A stretch of 64,000 bases of DNA from Macrostomum lignano (lineage: Eukaryota), in contig NIVC01001209.1 in NCBI GenBank assembly GCA_002269645.1, positions 1 through 64,000 of the forward strand, written 5' to 3'. Below the pieces are notes generated by a model. That model was not told the DNA's origin, did no database searches, and saw only the letters and a list, made by a program, of their open reading frames with translations. Below, in pieces: positions 1 through 46,600 of the stretch. Numbering within the stretch: position 1 is the stretch's first letter; each line of letters opens with the position of its first letter. The translations under genes and the position numbers were made by a program.

Positions 1-201
1 GCCCCGTCCAGCTTATTCAATCAAATATCAATAACTGCAACTGGATTGGGAATCTAGAAATTGAAGATGAATAGAATAAATTAAATTATAAATACATGGC
101 TTGATAGTGTATAAAGCTAGGTAAATGAGTCCTAGCGATAAGAGCACAATGCGCTAGTATGGGTATTTATATAACAACTGTTATTGAATAATTCGACTCA
201 C

Positions 202-33989
<33,788 letters not shown>

Positions 33990-36109
33990 CTGAGGTTTGT
34001 TTTAAATATAAATATACATATACATGCATATATGATTGGCCCCTATAATTAATATGAATGAATATGATTAAAACAAAAAAAATATTCCTTAGATGACAAG
34101 TAGAGTAGAGTAGAGTAGAGTAGAGTTCCGCAATAACCAAAATTTTTGCATATCTATATCCATATCTGTATCTCGGATGCTTGAGTCCCCAGCCCAAAAA
34201 GGGACTTTCTTTAGAGCTCCCAATGGCTCCCATCGCATTGACAATAAAATTTTTCAACTTAACTTCAGTCTCCACCATCCCTATCACACGACGTGCACAT
34301 GGTGTCAAAAATCTTGTTTGCTTGAGTCTACAACCCTAGGGACTTAAATTCATTCATTTCCACTGCTGTCTACCACCCCTATAAAGTCAAGGGCTCCAAT
34401 GGTCTTCCTAAAAACCTCTATATCTGTAATTTTATGTTAGCTATAGAGGAACTCAAAGTGATAACCTAATTAACTATTAAATGGAGAACTTAAAGGATCT
34501 CTGTAAATTAACTGTCAACTTTCAAAAAATACAAAAATAAATTTAAAATATTTGAGAGAAGCTTTAAAGAGTAATATATTTCCCAGTACTATGAAAACTA
34601 ACTATAATATATATTGATATTTATAAAAATAAAAAAATTAGTATTACAATATTTACAACTTACTAGCTAGTTAATTATATGAAGGCTCCAATATATTGCC
34701 ATACAATAGGACAAATTTTTCATAAAATTATCATTGGTAGAATAATGTTGGCACTTTTTAAGTTGTTCAGTATAGCTATCTAGTATATAGCAATGAAAAA
34801 AAAACAGACTAAAAGTAAGCATGTCACAAGCGTTCAAACAAGCACTTGATTTAATTTGAAATTAGTCAAATAGGTAAGGAGATTATAAATATAAAATTAT
34901 CCTTCCCATCTTACCCATCTATAATTTGATATTCATTTAGAAATGCAAACTTAATGTCATAGGGGTATTCCCGTACGGTACAAAATCCTACCGCTGTAAC
35001 CAAAGTTGTCGCAGGGCTTACTTCTGTCCTCCAACTATCCCACTATTGCCACCAAGTTGTTACAGGGGTGATTCTTCCTGTTTGCCAACTAAAGTTATCC
35101 TGATTATACTTGTTTCTACTCCCTAACTATTTCTTAGAATTTCATTTAAATATTTCTGGGTAGCGTTCTTAGTATCGTTTCTGGTAGCTTATGGCCAGCT
35201 TTCTGGTAGCGTTCTGGTAGCTTATGGCCTGAGCGGTCTAGTACTGGTATATATGTATTAGTGAATAGTCCTAATCGGGCGTTCACCGAGACTAGAGGGT
35301 CACGGCGCCTCTCTTAGTATATCTCCAGGAATTAGTCCCAATTCCCTTCTCTTAGCAAATTTCTTAGAATCGTTTCACAGGTTTTGCAAATGAATAAGTC
35401 GCTATTTAGCTCAAAGACTTTGAAATGGTTTAGATTGAACTGCTTATTCTGTTCGCAATTATTTGCTCACAGGTAAAAGACAGTTGGAGTATATTTGTCG
35501 CAAAACCACTCCTATATATAGTGATTTCCCCCCCATATGATTAAAACAAAAAAATAATTCTCCAATTTATTTCGCGCATTAAAACAAACTATTATTTGGC
35601 GTTAGATTCGAATATACCGTTATTACATTGAAAGAACATTCGAGTATACTATTATAAAGGCATAGCACTAGTACATTAAAATTTAGTACATGGAAGGCAA
35701 ATCTAAGAAATCAATCCCAAATGATAGAACATACTATTCGGCTATACTATAATGGTGTGGAAGGGATGGTAGGGATTGATTGGAAGATGAATGTTTTCAC
35801 TTTCAATGTGAGGGAGCTCTTAAGTCCCTAGGGTTGGGGACTAAAGCAACAGAGATATTTGATACCACATACACATTGTGGTTGGCATAATAGGGGACAA
35901 AGTTAAAATGAATAAGAATGAAACAAATGAAAAAGCCACAGCCACCTAGCATTTGCCACATTCAAAGAAGGTTAGACTAAAAACAATTGAGGCTTTTGCT
36001 GCCTGATCTTCTTAAGGAACCAACTGACAAGCAGGCTATTGATCTCATAGAAGATCTCAGTAAGCATTGAAGATTTTGTTATATTAGCTACTTAAACAAT
36101 ACAAAAAGA

Positions 36110-36390
36110 GATACAAGAAAGGAGAGGGGAGAGAGAAGAGAAGAAAGGCAAGAGGAGAGGAGAGAGAGAGAGAGAGAGAGAGAGAAGAGAAGGGAGAGAG
36201 GGGAGAGGAAAGAAGAGACAGGGGAGAGAAGGGAGAGTAGATAGGAGAGGAAAGAGGGGAGGAGAGAGGGTAGAGAAAAGAGAGAGGAGAAGAGAAGAGA
36301 GAAGGGAGAGAGGAGAGAGAGGAAAGGGGAGAGAGGAGAGAGAAGAAAAGGGAGAGGGGAGAGAGGAGAGAAGGAAAAAAGGAGAGAAAA
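36110..36390. repeat. GA-rich polypurine tract
   Basis: Direct inspection. Confidence 0.85.
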
Positions 36391-37751
36391 TGGTTTGTTT
36401 TAACCACATCAGTTATATCTGTAAATTTGTTTTGTCCATTCTATAAAAAATGAAATTGCTCCACTTACTGTAGATGAACTAATGGATTCAATCTCTACAT
36501 GTAAAAATTATATATTGTATAAATAATTATTAGGATAAGAATCTGGATTGACAGGATGCACCTTAGTGGGGGTAAGGGATGGTTGCCCTCCTTTGGTTGA
36601 GACTTAAAAAGAAATAAATGGGAAGACCAATGAATTTTGGCCAAATTAAAGGGCTATCCCCTGGCCCTTTGCTGCTGCGTAGAGCCTAGGTCTATTACGA
36701 CCTAAGAATTAAAACATATCAACTAGGCCTATTGCAATTATATCTTCTAATCTTCCTTGACCCCTGACCTTGAGTCCTTGACAAGACAAGCTGCATATAA
36801 TATTAAATTGAAATATATCAGCAAGTAAAGCCTTGTTTACCACAATCCAAAACTACAGTAAAACGTCAGAAACAGAAAGTCATCAAAAGAAGTAAATAAG
36901 AAAGAGTTCGACTGTAGTAGTGAGACCAAATGAGTGAAACCATGAGCTCACACGCGCATTGTCTTCATTGCTAAAAAGAAAAAGTTAAATTAATTGCCAG
37001 TGTAATCATTTTTATAATGTCTATTGCTAGTAAAAACGCTTTTTTAATACTTTCAGTAACCTATATTTCACATTTAAGCTTGTTTGACTAAAATTTGTAT
37101 TGCTTCAAAAGGAAAACTAATATTACTTTTGTTAATAAACATTCACGGCAAGTAAATTATATTATTACAATGTTCACAGATAGGCTCGTTCTTATGCATC
37201 GAGTGTTCCTTGACCTTGAGCTTCAGTTTATGTTTGTAAATTCAAAAGTAATGTTTATATATCTTGCTATAACTTCTAGAAAGCTGATGATACAAGTAAA
37301 TTAACTTTCATCTGCAATTTCCGTAGCAAAATATTTCAAATATGTTAATCAATCTACACGCATGTAAACGTACACATAATATTGCATGTACATGTAAGGA
37401 CCACTGTATATAGCTATATAAACGAGACATACGTAGACAAACGAGACATTTATTATACTACACTTATGTAGCTTATCGAGTTTGATGCAATTAACGTCTC
37501 TTGGTATAGACCATGAATTAGAACTTTCTATACTAGTTAATGAAGACAAAGTCTTTTCGCCCCAGTGAGCTTTGGGGTTGGAATTTTATAATACCTAGTG
37601 TTGTATCGATTATTTAAAGACTTTCAAGGCATTATTAACGCTGATGCTCCTAATATTTTGCGTCGTGTCATACATAAAGTTAGCCTAATAGATAAAGTAG
37701 GGCGAGAGTTGTAAAATGTCTCTAACGTCAAATGATTTATAGGAAGGGAAT

Positions 37752-38530
37752 TAGGGATGTCGATTCCCCAGGGAATTATCTTATCGGGGACCCCGGTGAA
37801 AAGAAAAAATAAGTTAAAACGGCGGATCACTTAGATTGTAAGTGGAATTTTTTAAACTTTGATTTAAGCTTTGTACTACATGTTCAAGGCGCAGGGGTAA
37901 AAATTTTAAACAATGTTTTTTTAAACTGTATTTGACAATGTGGCATCACGAAATCGTGCGCGCACCTTTATCGGAAAAGTGCATTTGTTGGAATGCATGC
38001 TAAACAGCTACGCTCGTGAGAGGATAATTAATGAATGAGACTGTTTTTATAATCGGAATTTTATTTCTTGCATATATATGTAAATCACCATTTTGTCCTT
38101 GTCTAATAGGGAGTATATGTATGACACCCCCCTATGCGTCAGTGCCTGACGCATGACGCAGCGCTGCGCCTGCGTCAAGCCGTCAACGCAGACCAACACA
38201 GCAGTCACTAGTCAGTAAGGCTTCTTTTTCCTGACGGGTTTCTTTTCTACGTGCAATTTGCTTGATTGAATGACTTATTAGTGAAAAAACAATCAAACGT
38301 GTGTTGTGTTTCAAATACATGTAATGCATTGAAATAAGCAATTATGCGGTAAAAGAGCATAGACAGAGTTTCAATCAGCTTTCTGTGAATCAGTTTCTTA
38401 TTTTAATGGCAAAAATTAAGTTACAAATGCATTTTTTCATATTTTTTCTCCCCAGGGTCCCCGGTTGAATTCCCCGGAGAGTATTCCCCGACAAGCTCCC
38501 CGGGGAGCACTCCCGGGGTCAACATCCCTA
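37752..38530. mobile_element. Non-autonomous hAT-type DNA transposon (MITE), about 780 bp
   Basis: TIRs TAGGGATGTCGA / TCAACATCCCTA (1 mismatch); GAAGGGAA on both flanks (one extra T on the left); CCCCGG-rich subterminal motifs. Confidence 0.75.
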
Positions 38531-39796
38531 GAAGGGAAACTACGAGCATAAGTTCTGCAACACATATACAAGTAGCTAAGCATTAATAGACGCACTGCAC
38601 CGATAAAATGTAATGGAATTGCTCGAATCACCGACACCAAGACCCATAAAACTGGAGAAACTGGCAGGATATAGTAGATACATGTAGGTCAGAATCAGAA
38701 GTGATCATGGGTGGGTGGGTCAAGTGATCATGGGTTCGACCTCGATTGTATTATTCCTTCTTAATCTTATGCAATTAATTGTAAATTAGGTATGAAGTAA
38801 CAGTAATTATCCTTGACCATGCTAGAGTAAAGACAAGTCAAAGTCAAGTTAATAAAAATAGACACACAGTGTAACAATAACAATGGTTTTTAGAGCCATT
38901 TTTCTTGTCTGTGTTTGTCTTTGTACATACATGTAAGAAGACTTATCTGGACCCAATCCCTTCTTATTCTACATGTACGCTGTTTTGGGTATGGGGGTTA
39001 GAGTTGGGCCGTCTGACACCCCCCTCCCCCCCCCCCCCTACCATAGTGGACTGGAGAGAAAGAAGCACATGCTATCGCTATTGGCTAGCCTGTCGTTCTC
39101 TTTCTCTTTACCTTCTGTCTTGTGTAGCGTACACTATCCAATGCACAAGGCCCAACTTTCCACTAAAGGAAGGTTCATATAGTCCGCCCATGGGCTTCCT
39201 CTTGCTTTCGCGTACACTCAAGGCCACTCACTCTCAACACCAGCCACTAGAGGCTTGTTTTAAATAATCGATCGATAATATTAAATGTACACTTGAAAGC
39301 TTGCTTTGGATCCTAGCAGAAGGGGGAGAAAGTGGCCAAGGCCACCACACCCCACAAGGCAGGCAGGCCGGCCGAGTGCGATAACGAATGACAAAAAAAT
39401 AGAAAAGTACAATTTACACATCAACTTTCAATACAATAAATACAATAATAGGTACGGTATTAATGACAGTGTATTTTCGCACAAAGTAGCTACGTTCAAA
39501 CCACCAGCACGTAAACAGCTAAAATTTCACTGTTTATGAAATTTTATAAAATTTAACACATCATTTTAGATATTGAAAACTTTTAAAGGAGGGTATTACT
39601 GTTGCATGTGACTATAAAATCGTGGTAGGTATAGCTGATGATGAAACTGGTGATTGGTATCTAGCTTTTTTGATAACTTAGCCGGTTAGACCCCGAAATA
39701 GCTATTGTAATTTGTAACGCTGGAGCCAAATACAAATACAATGGAGCAATTAGTTTCTCTCAAATCTGTCTCTGCCAGTGCCAGTTTAGTCCATAG

Positions 39797-40736
39797 TAGG
39801 GATTCCAAAATCCCGACATTTTACAATCCCGGGATTGAATAGTCCCGAAATCCCGATGCTGTTGAAATCCCGGGATTCAAAATCCCGGAATCCCGGTGCT
39901 TTTGCAATCCCGGGATTAAAAATCCCGGGATTCGATTCCCAAAAAAATCCCGGGATTCAAATCCCGGATTTTTGGCCCCAATCCCGGGATCCCGGGATCC
40001 CGGGATTGGAATCCCTAAATTGCTAGACGGACTGTGCGGCGTGCCGCGTGCAGTAGTCATGGTCTCGCGACTCTCAGAGTCTCAGGGCCTTTTCATATTA
40101 CCAATTCCAGAACCAGAATCGGTTCGGAATTCGAAGAAAAACAGCAGTATAACTATTAAACTCTGTTAATATTTGACTGCCTTAACAGCCTCACTTTGCA
40201 CGATTTTTCACTTTCTTCTTGGCGACTGTCATTCAATAATAAAAACTTTATAGCACGTATCTCCCTCTAGTTATGGAGACAAAAAGTTTATACTTCACAA
40301 ATTGGTTCTTGTTCTGGAACCAGAAAAAGCAATATGAAAAGGCCCTCAGTCTCGTCTCGTGGTAGAAAACGAAAAAAAGTTAAAATTATCTATCATTTAC
40401 AGTTCACATTAACAATTTTTAGCTCAATTAGGACAGGAGCTTTGCAAATGTTTAACGTTTCATTGAGAAACAGCAAAAACAAATAAATGTTTTATTATTC
40501 AAATAAACGTTTAGACTTTAAATTATTTAATTTAGGCATTGAAAGGTCGTTCTAATCCCGGACCAATCCCGGGATTAAGGCCTTGAAATCCCGGGATCCC
40601 GATCCCGGTCTTTTGCAATCCCGGGATTAAAAATCCCGGGATTCGATTCCCAAAAAAATCCCGGGATTCAAATCCCGGATTTTTGGCCCCAATCCCGGGA
40701 TCCCGGGATCCCGGGATCCCGGGATTGGAATCCCTA
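39797..40736. mobile_element. Non-autonomous hAT-type element with ATCCCGGGAT subterminal repeats and a duplicated right end, 940 bp
   Basis: TIR TAGGGATTCCAA / TTGGAATCCCTA; exact 8-bp TSD GTCCATAG (39789-39796 and 40737-40744). Confidence 0.9.
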
Positions 40737-41629
40737 GTCCATAGTAAGTAACCAAAGTAAAATACCCATTAGTGGTCCCGTTTCTAATGTTTATAAATAT
40801 TAAGCTTCAGTTTACTTTTGGCACAGTATGCAATTTTGAAAATTCACCCTAATAACGGTTTGCACCAGCAGGAAAGCAACTATTTTGTTGTTGGAAATCG
40901 GATTAAGCAGTCAAAAGGTACTTTTTTTCCATTTTTTCAAATATTTAAACAGGTTTCGCTCTTTCAATAAAAAAATCATCGCAGTACCTTAAAGTACAGT
41001 TAGTTTGGAATTAGATGACGGCGTTGAATTGTTTCTTCCATATTCCAAAAATTATAATGAGCACTTTTCCTCAAATCAGTTTGAGATCATGATTTTTAGT
41101 CTTTCGTCGATAACTTTCTGATTTCAAATGTTTAAGAATTGAAAACTTCCACACTTGTGTATCTTTGAATTGCGCATCAATTGGTGCATAGTATGTATGC
41201 TTAACTATTAGCAGTATAGAAAAAAATGCAAAAAACTGTAAAAGTACATTTTCAATTTTTGCATTTTTTGCAACCAAAGTGCCAACTTTTTGATACAATT
41301 GAAAAAAACAACCCGATAATGTTATGCATCTTAGTAAGGCGCACCTATAACCCTCGAACATTTTTAGCTCGAGTTTTAATGTGCATGAGGAAATGCACTT
41401 TTGTAAAGACATAATCTTAAGACAAACATTTCAACTGAAGCCTGTTCCTTTTCTCCGCAGTGAATCCATACAAAACTATACTCGTTAAATAGATCAGATT
41501 CTTCTCTTTAAAATGACACCTCACTTGTGAAATTCGCACTTGTAGTTTTGAAGTTACAGCAGTTTTTGTGAGATTTTTCTTGTCATTTTTTCGATGCACA
41601 CGTCTCATATTATTATATTCGTCACAAGC

Positions 41630-41789
41630 CAGACCACCCAATGCGCTTCGCGCATTGGCTGGCTGTTTGTTCCTCATGCTCGGCACTTTGTGCCTCGCGC
41701 GTTCGCTCCGCTCACCCCACAAACCCAAGGACACGCGCTTCGCGCGTGTCCTTGGGTTTGTGGGTTTCGCGGAGCTCACTGGGAACTAG
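41630..41789 (+). mobile_element. Helitron-like 3' terminus (GC-rich hairpins, then CTAG|T)
   Basis: Perfect 23-bp stem at 41716-41764, 9-bp stem at 41638-41658, CTAG at 41786-41789 followed by T; the 5' end was not located. Confidence 0.6.
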
Positions 41790-41989
41790 TCTCTCTAGCG
41801 TTTTAGAGCGTTCTAGAGCTGAGGTATGTAACTGTAAAGCTTAGTAATTGTACAGGAAATAAAAAATTGCTTTGCTTCTGATCCTTGCCGTATTACGAGG
41901 TGAAAGACAGGCCATAGCTATTTTTATCATATCAATTACACCGCCCTTTTTTTAGGTAGCAATAGCATGCGCAAAAATTCACTTGCCAT

Positions 41990-42680
41990 GATGCCTGACA
42001 GCTGATCGTCTTCGTTCTGAGATTCTTCGTCCCGCTTCCGCTGCTGCACAAGACCGGCCTAATTCTTGCACTTCTTGGCTTGGCTGCGAACGAGACGGGG
42101 GCGGCGGGAGTGGACAGGGCACAGCCCGATTGGCCAGACGGTCGGCATGCTCGTTGTCTGGGATGCCGCAGTGGCCGGGCAACAACTAGACGATGATGCC
42201 CGCATAATTCAAGGCCAGAACCTCCAGGGCGTGACCGATACCGCGGTTGTTGGCGGCGAGCACGTCAACCAGGCTGCGGCTGTCCGAGTAGATGACAACA
42301 CACGGGGGGTTAGGCGACTCTCGGCTGGCGAGATCCCGGCTGGCACTAGCGTGCACCAGTTCCAGGGCGGCGACTTCCTCGTCGAAACTGGATATGATGG
42401 GCCTCGGTATGAATAACCAGGTTGGCTGGGTCGCCCTCCGTGACCACGAATGCGTGGCGCATTGGCGATCGTGCCCCGGGTCACGGAACCGTCGGTGTGG
42501 ACTGTCCAGGCTTGTGGGTCGGACAGCGAGGCAACGAGCTCCTGGATTCGGTCAGTGGCGGCGCTACGGATGAGGTCCAGTTCGATGTGGCGGTCGTCGA
42601 TATGTTGAGGTAAAATCTGCGTAGCCTCCCGGGAGGCTGGGAGGAGGGTAGGTTCGCTTGGCGGAAACAACAACGACAAC
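41990..42680 (-). pseudogene. Degenerate non-LTR retrotransposon RNase H fragment
   Basis: WTVHTDGSV and LPGHCGIPDNEHADRLA motifs lie in different frames. Confidence 0.75.
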
Positions 42681-42689
42681 AGAATACGC

Positions 42690-43130
42690 GATTAGCGACA
42701 CCAGGCGTGCTTCAAGGCCAGGTCGCAAATGAACGCCACGCTATCGGCCGGATCCGGGGCGCCGGCGTCAGCCAGCAGGCAGTCGACGAAACGCCGAGTG
42801 CGCGCCTGCCCCCGCTTGTAGGGTACCTGCATTGTTAGCAGCAGCACCTCCTGCACCGGCTCTGGGCAGTACGACTCGGCGTGAATGATGTGGCCTGCCA
42901 GCTGGAGTCGCCGACGGCGCAACAGCTCGCTTGGATGGACCAGGCCGGCGCGGTGATACAAAGCTGCGTTGGTCACTCGCTCGTAGCCGATTTTGAAGGC
43001 GGCGCGCAGCAGGCCAGCGTGCGCCGCGTTAGCTTGTTACTCAAGCGACTCCGTCAGCGTCCAGGTCTAGGTGTTGTGCAGCGCGCAGGACGGTCTCGAT
43101 CACCGCCTGGAAAAACGCCGCCCTCTGGCG
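42690..43130 (-). pseudogene. RTE-clade LINE 3' fragment (post-RT C-terminal region)
   Basis: WTLTESLE*..AGLLRAAFKIGYERVTNAALY..LRRRRLQLAGHII..RGQARTRRFVDCLLADAG, with an internal stop; short GTT-rich tail. Confidence 0.7.
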
Positions 43131-43699
43131 GTCAGGTAAGGCCTCGGACTGCAGGACTGCCCTCACAGAACGAAAGGCAGACCAGGCAAGCCTGCGGCGA
43201 CGCAGTTCTTCCAATTCACCAGCCTGAGGTCAGTGGCAGATCACTGTCAGTTTCTTGCAATCTGCTTCTGTGCCTCTGCATTTACCAGCTGCAAAAACTG
43301 GCGATTATCCCATCGATGAGCAAAATCACAAAGAAGTCAACGGCCTCAGAATCCTCTGAAATTTCAACCCACGGGTTGACACCAGGAGTTGCCGTGAGAT
43401 GCCGGCGCAGGAAGTCAGACATCGCGGCCACTGTTGACTTCTTTCCACTCTTCCACTTTTGCTTGCTCTTCCTGTACTTCGGCTTGTCGGTCTTCTTCTG
43501 CGTTCAACGCGTCAGCGGTGACAAATGATTTATTGCCATCATCATTGCACTGTCAGCTGCCTTGGATAGCTCACTTTCCGACTCGCTCATGTCCAATCCA
43601 AGACGATGGAGAGCTTCAGCAGCAGCTGTACGCCGTCGGACTTGCTGCTGAGCCATGGTCAGTTGCTACGGCTCCTTGCTACGGCTCCTGCTTCGGCTG

Positions 43700-46600
43700 C
43701 TGCTGCTGCTGCTGCGGCTGCTGCTGTTGTTGTTGTTGATGCCAACCACCTTTCATCAGCGGCTAGGGGCCTCTTCCCTGGCCCCCACGGCGGGTGTCCT
43801 CTCCACCACTCCCAGTACTTCAGAGCTTCTTCCGGTTGTTCACAAACCGCCCGAAAGCCACTGCAACACCACGCCCTCCTCCTTCCATCTGTCGCCGGGC
43901 AGTCCCAGACATGCTGCATTGTTTCGTCTACCATGCCGCAACACCGGCATAAGCTTTTGTCCTGGAGCCCTATCCTCTTCCTGTAGGCCGCCAATTCGAT
44001 CGAGTGGCCTGTGCGCATCCTTCTGAAGCTCGCTTCCTCCCTCCTGCTACTGAACCACGGGTCCCTATTCTTACCACACGTGCTCTCGTACACCCTCATC
44101 ATTCTCTCGTGTCTCCAGCCACTTATCCGCGTACCGTACCGCCTCGCTCTTTTCGGCACCGTGCTAGCCAGCACTCTAGCTCCGTCATGCTCAACCTCTC
44201 TTACCGCTTCGCCAGCCACCTCCTCCGCCTCCTCATTTCCTCCGATTCCGCAGTGACTAGGGATCCAGAGCAGGATCAACAGCCCAGTAAAAAAGGGTAG
44301 TCGGAATTCGATTGGAATCTGATCGGAATTTAATCGGCAGTCGGAATTTGCCGGAAAAGGTTTAAACCACAATATTTTGTTTTATATAACACGTTACTAT
44401 GATAATAAGCATAAAAAATACAATAAAATGTTTTTCGAGCTATATTTGCGCAATCGGAAAATAGTCGGAAACCATCTCTTCTTCTTCCGATCGGAATTTG
44501 TACTCATTTTTCTTCCTACTTTCCGATACAGCCATATTCATAACGCATGTGCTGTACTAAACGTGTTTTCTTGCTTTTATGTATTGCCAGAATGTGCAGA
44601 ATATACCTTTATGATACAAAAAATTACTACAATAATTCAGTTTTTGTTTTGATGCCACAAAAAAATGCTGGCCATCCAATTTATATCGAAAGTATTTAAA
44701 AAGCGATTTATTTTTTACCTTCCTCTCTATATAACCTTTTCGTTATATTTTTGCTTATAGCGTCTTTCCACTGGCACTAGCACTGGCACTGGCAAAAATA
44801 TTACTAAATTAAAATTAAAAACCTTGTTATTAAAAACCTACTTAATGCCTAACCACTATCTTATTAATTATTGCTAATTGCAATACTCCTAGGCCTACTC
44901 CTATTGCAATTCCTACTTTACTAGGGTCTAGGCCTAGCCTATTTTGCTACACATTTTTCTCAAGATTGTCTTTAAAGCAGTATTTTCATTTAACTACAAC
45001 TACAACTTATACCTTGTTTTTCTTATATATGAAATTAATACTACCTAGTTTTAGGCTTTTAGTCATTGAATCTAAAAATATAAGGCCTTGGCCAGGCCCT
45101 AGTTAAACTTACTTTAGACATTTAGTGTGTCTTATTAGGTTTACTCAATATACCTAACAATCAATAGACATTTGTTTAGGCTAAGGCATTTAAGCAAAGT
45201 AATTGAATAATGTCTATAGTTTACAATTGTATATTATAATTTGCTTTTAGATAAGACTTTCTTTTTAGTATTATAATGAAGAATTATTAACTTATTATTT
45301 ATAGACTAGGCCTAGTAAGTAAATAATATAGGCCACATGTCAATAGCTATTTACACTTGCTTATAAAACATTTCTATGCTTAGAACTCTAGAACTCTAAT
45401 TAAACTAAGACTCTAGACCCTGGAATGTTACATGTATGTCAGAAAATTTGGATATGCAAATGTCAACTGACTCATTTTAAAGTTGGCATACAAATTTTGG
45501 TGTATAATTTATACATTTTTTGGCATACAAATTTTGGTATACAAATTCACATCCATTTTTGGCCTACAACTTTTGGTGAATAAATTTATGTTGAGCATGA
45601 AAATTTCAATGTAAATTAATGTTTTTATGTAAAATAAAGAAATATTTGTATACTCAAGAAATTAATAATAAACTTTCTACTTCTTTATAATTAAAAATGA
45701 TTTAGAGTAGTAAAATTATTATTAAAATGTAAATGTTGCATCATTATTTTTATAGGTACAATCAAGTTTGTCTAAAATGAAAATATGTATAATATTTTAA
45801 AGAATACTTTTCATACAAAAACCTTTCTTAGGAAACTCAACTTGTGAAAACCAAATGACCTTTTTAGGAGGCTTTTTTAGTTTACATTTTAATGATTTTT
45901 TTGTTTTTGGCATACACTGGCATACATTTAGCTAAGATAAGATTCTTGTTCTAGCATACACTATTACACAATCCAGACCCTAGCTAAGACTTAGAATAAT
46001 TTGGTCTTTTAATTTTGCCTTTAGAAATATTAAGATTTAGTATATTTAGATAAATAAAGTACTATATATCTCAATGTCAAATGAAAGTTCAAATAGACAA
46101 CAGGTCAATAAGATAAAAAATACTCAGGACATTATATCCTTAGAATACATTATTTATAATAGTAAATATGATTGTACATTTTGATTATGCTAGTATTAAT
46201 TTTTTATTGTTTATATTATTTCTCTTAGTTATCATAGAGCACTTTTAGACTAAGACTAGGCCCCTAGTTCTAGCTTTACTAAGCATGCTACAGCTTGTAT
46301 TATTATCTTATCAATGGCTTCTGCTTCTATTTCAGACACTGCTGGTCTAGATGTGGTGCATTAGTGCAAAGGTGCCACAGTCTGTTTGCTACATAATGGA
46401 TGGGATCTCTAGGTTCAGTTCAAGACTGGGGAAAAGGATCCTGGAAGAGCTGACTAGGCCTAGCTAACAAGGATCAAAGATCAAATGTCTTTGAATATGT
46501 ACAAGCATACTTTGGCGAGATCTTCAAGGGTATGTGTTCTTTGTGTTTTTATTCTTATAGTATATATTCCAATTGCTTTTATACCAGTTTTAAAGATTGC

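Noticed and set aside
35195-35250. tRNA gene suggested by TGGCCTGAGCGGTCTAG
   Set aside because: Only an A-box-like stretch; no B box or cloverleaf
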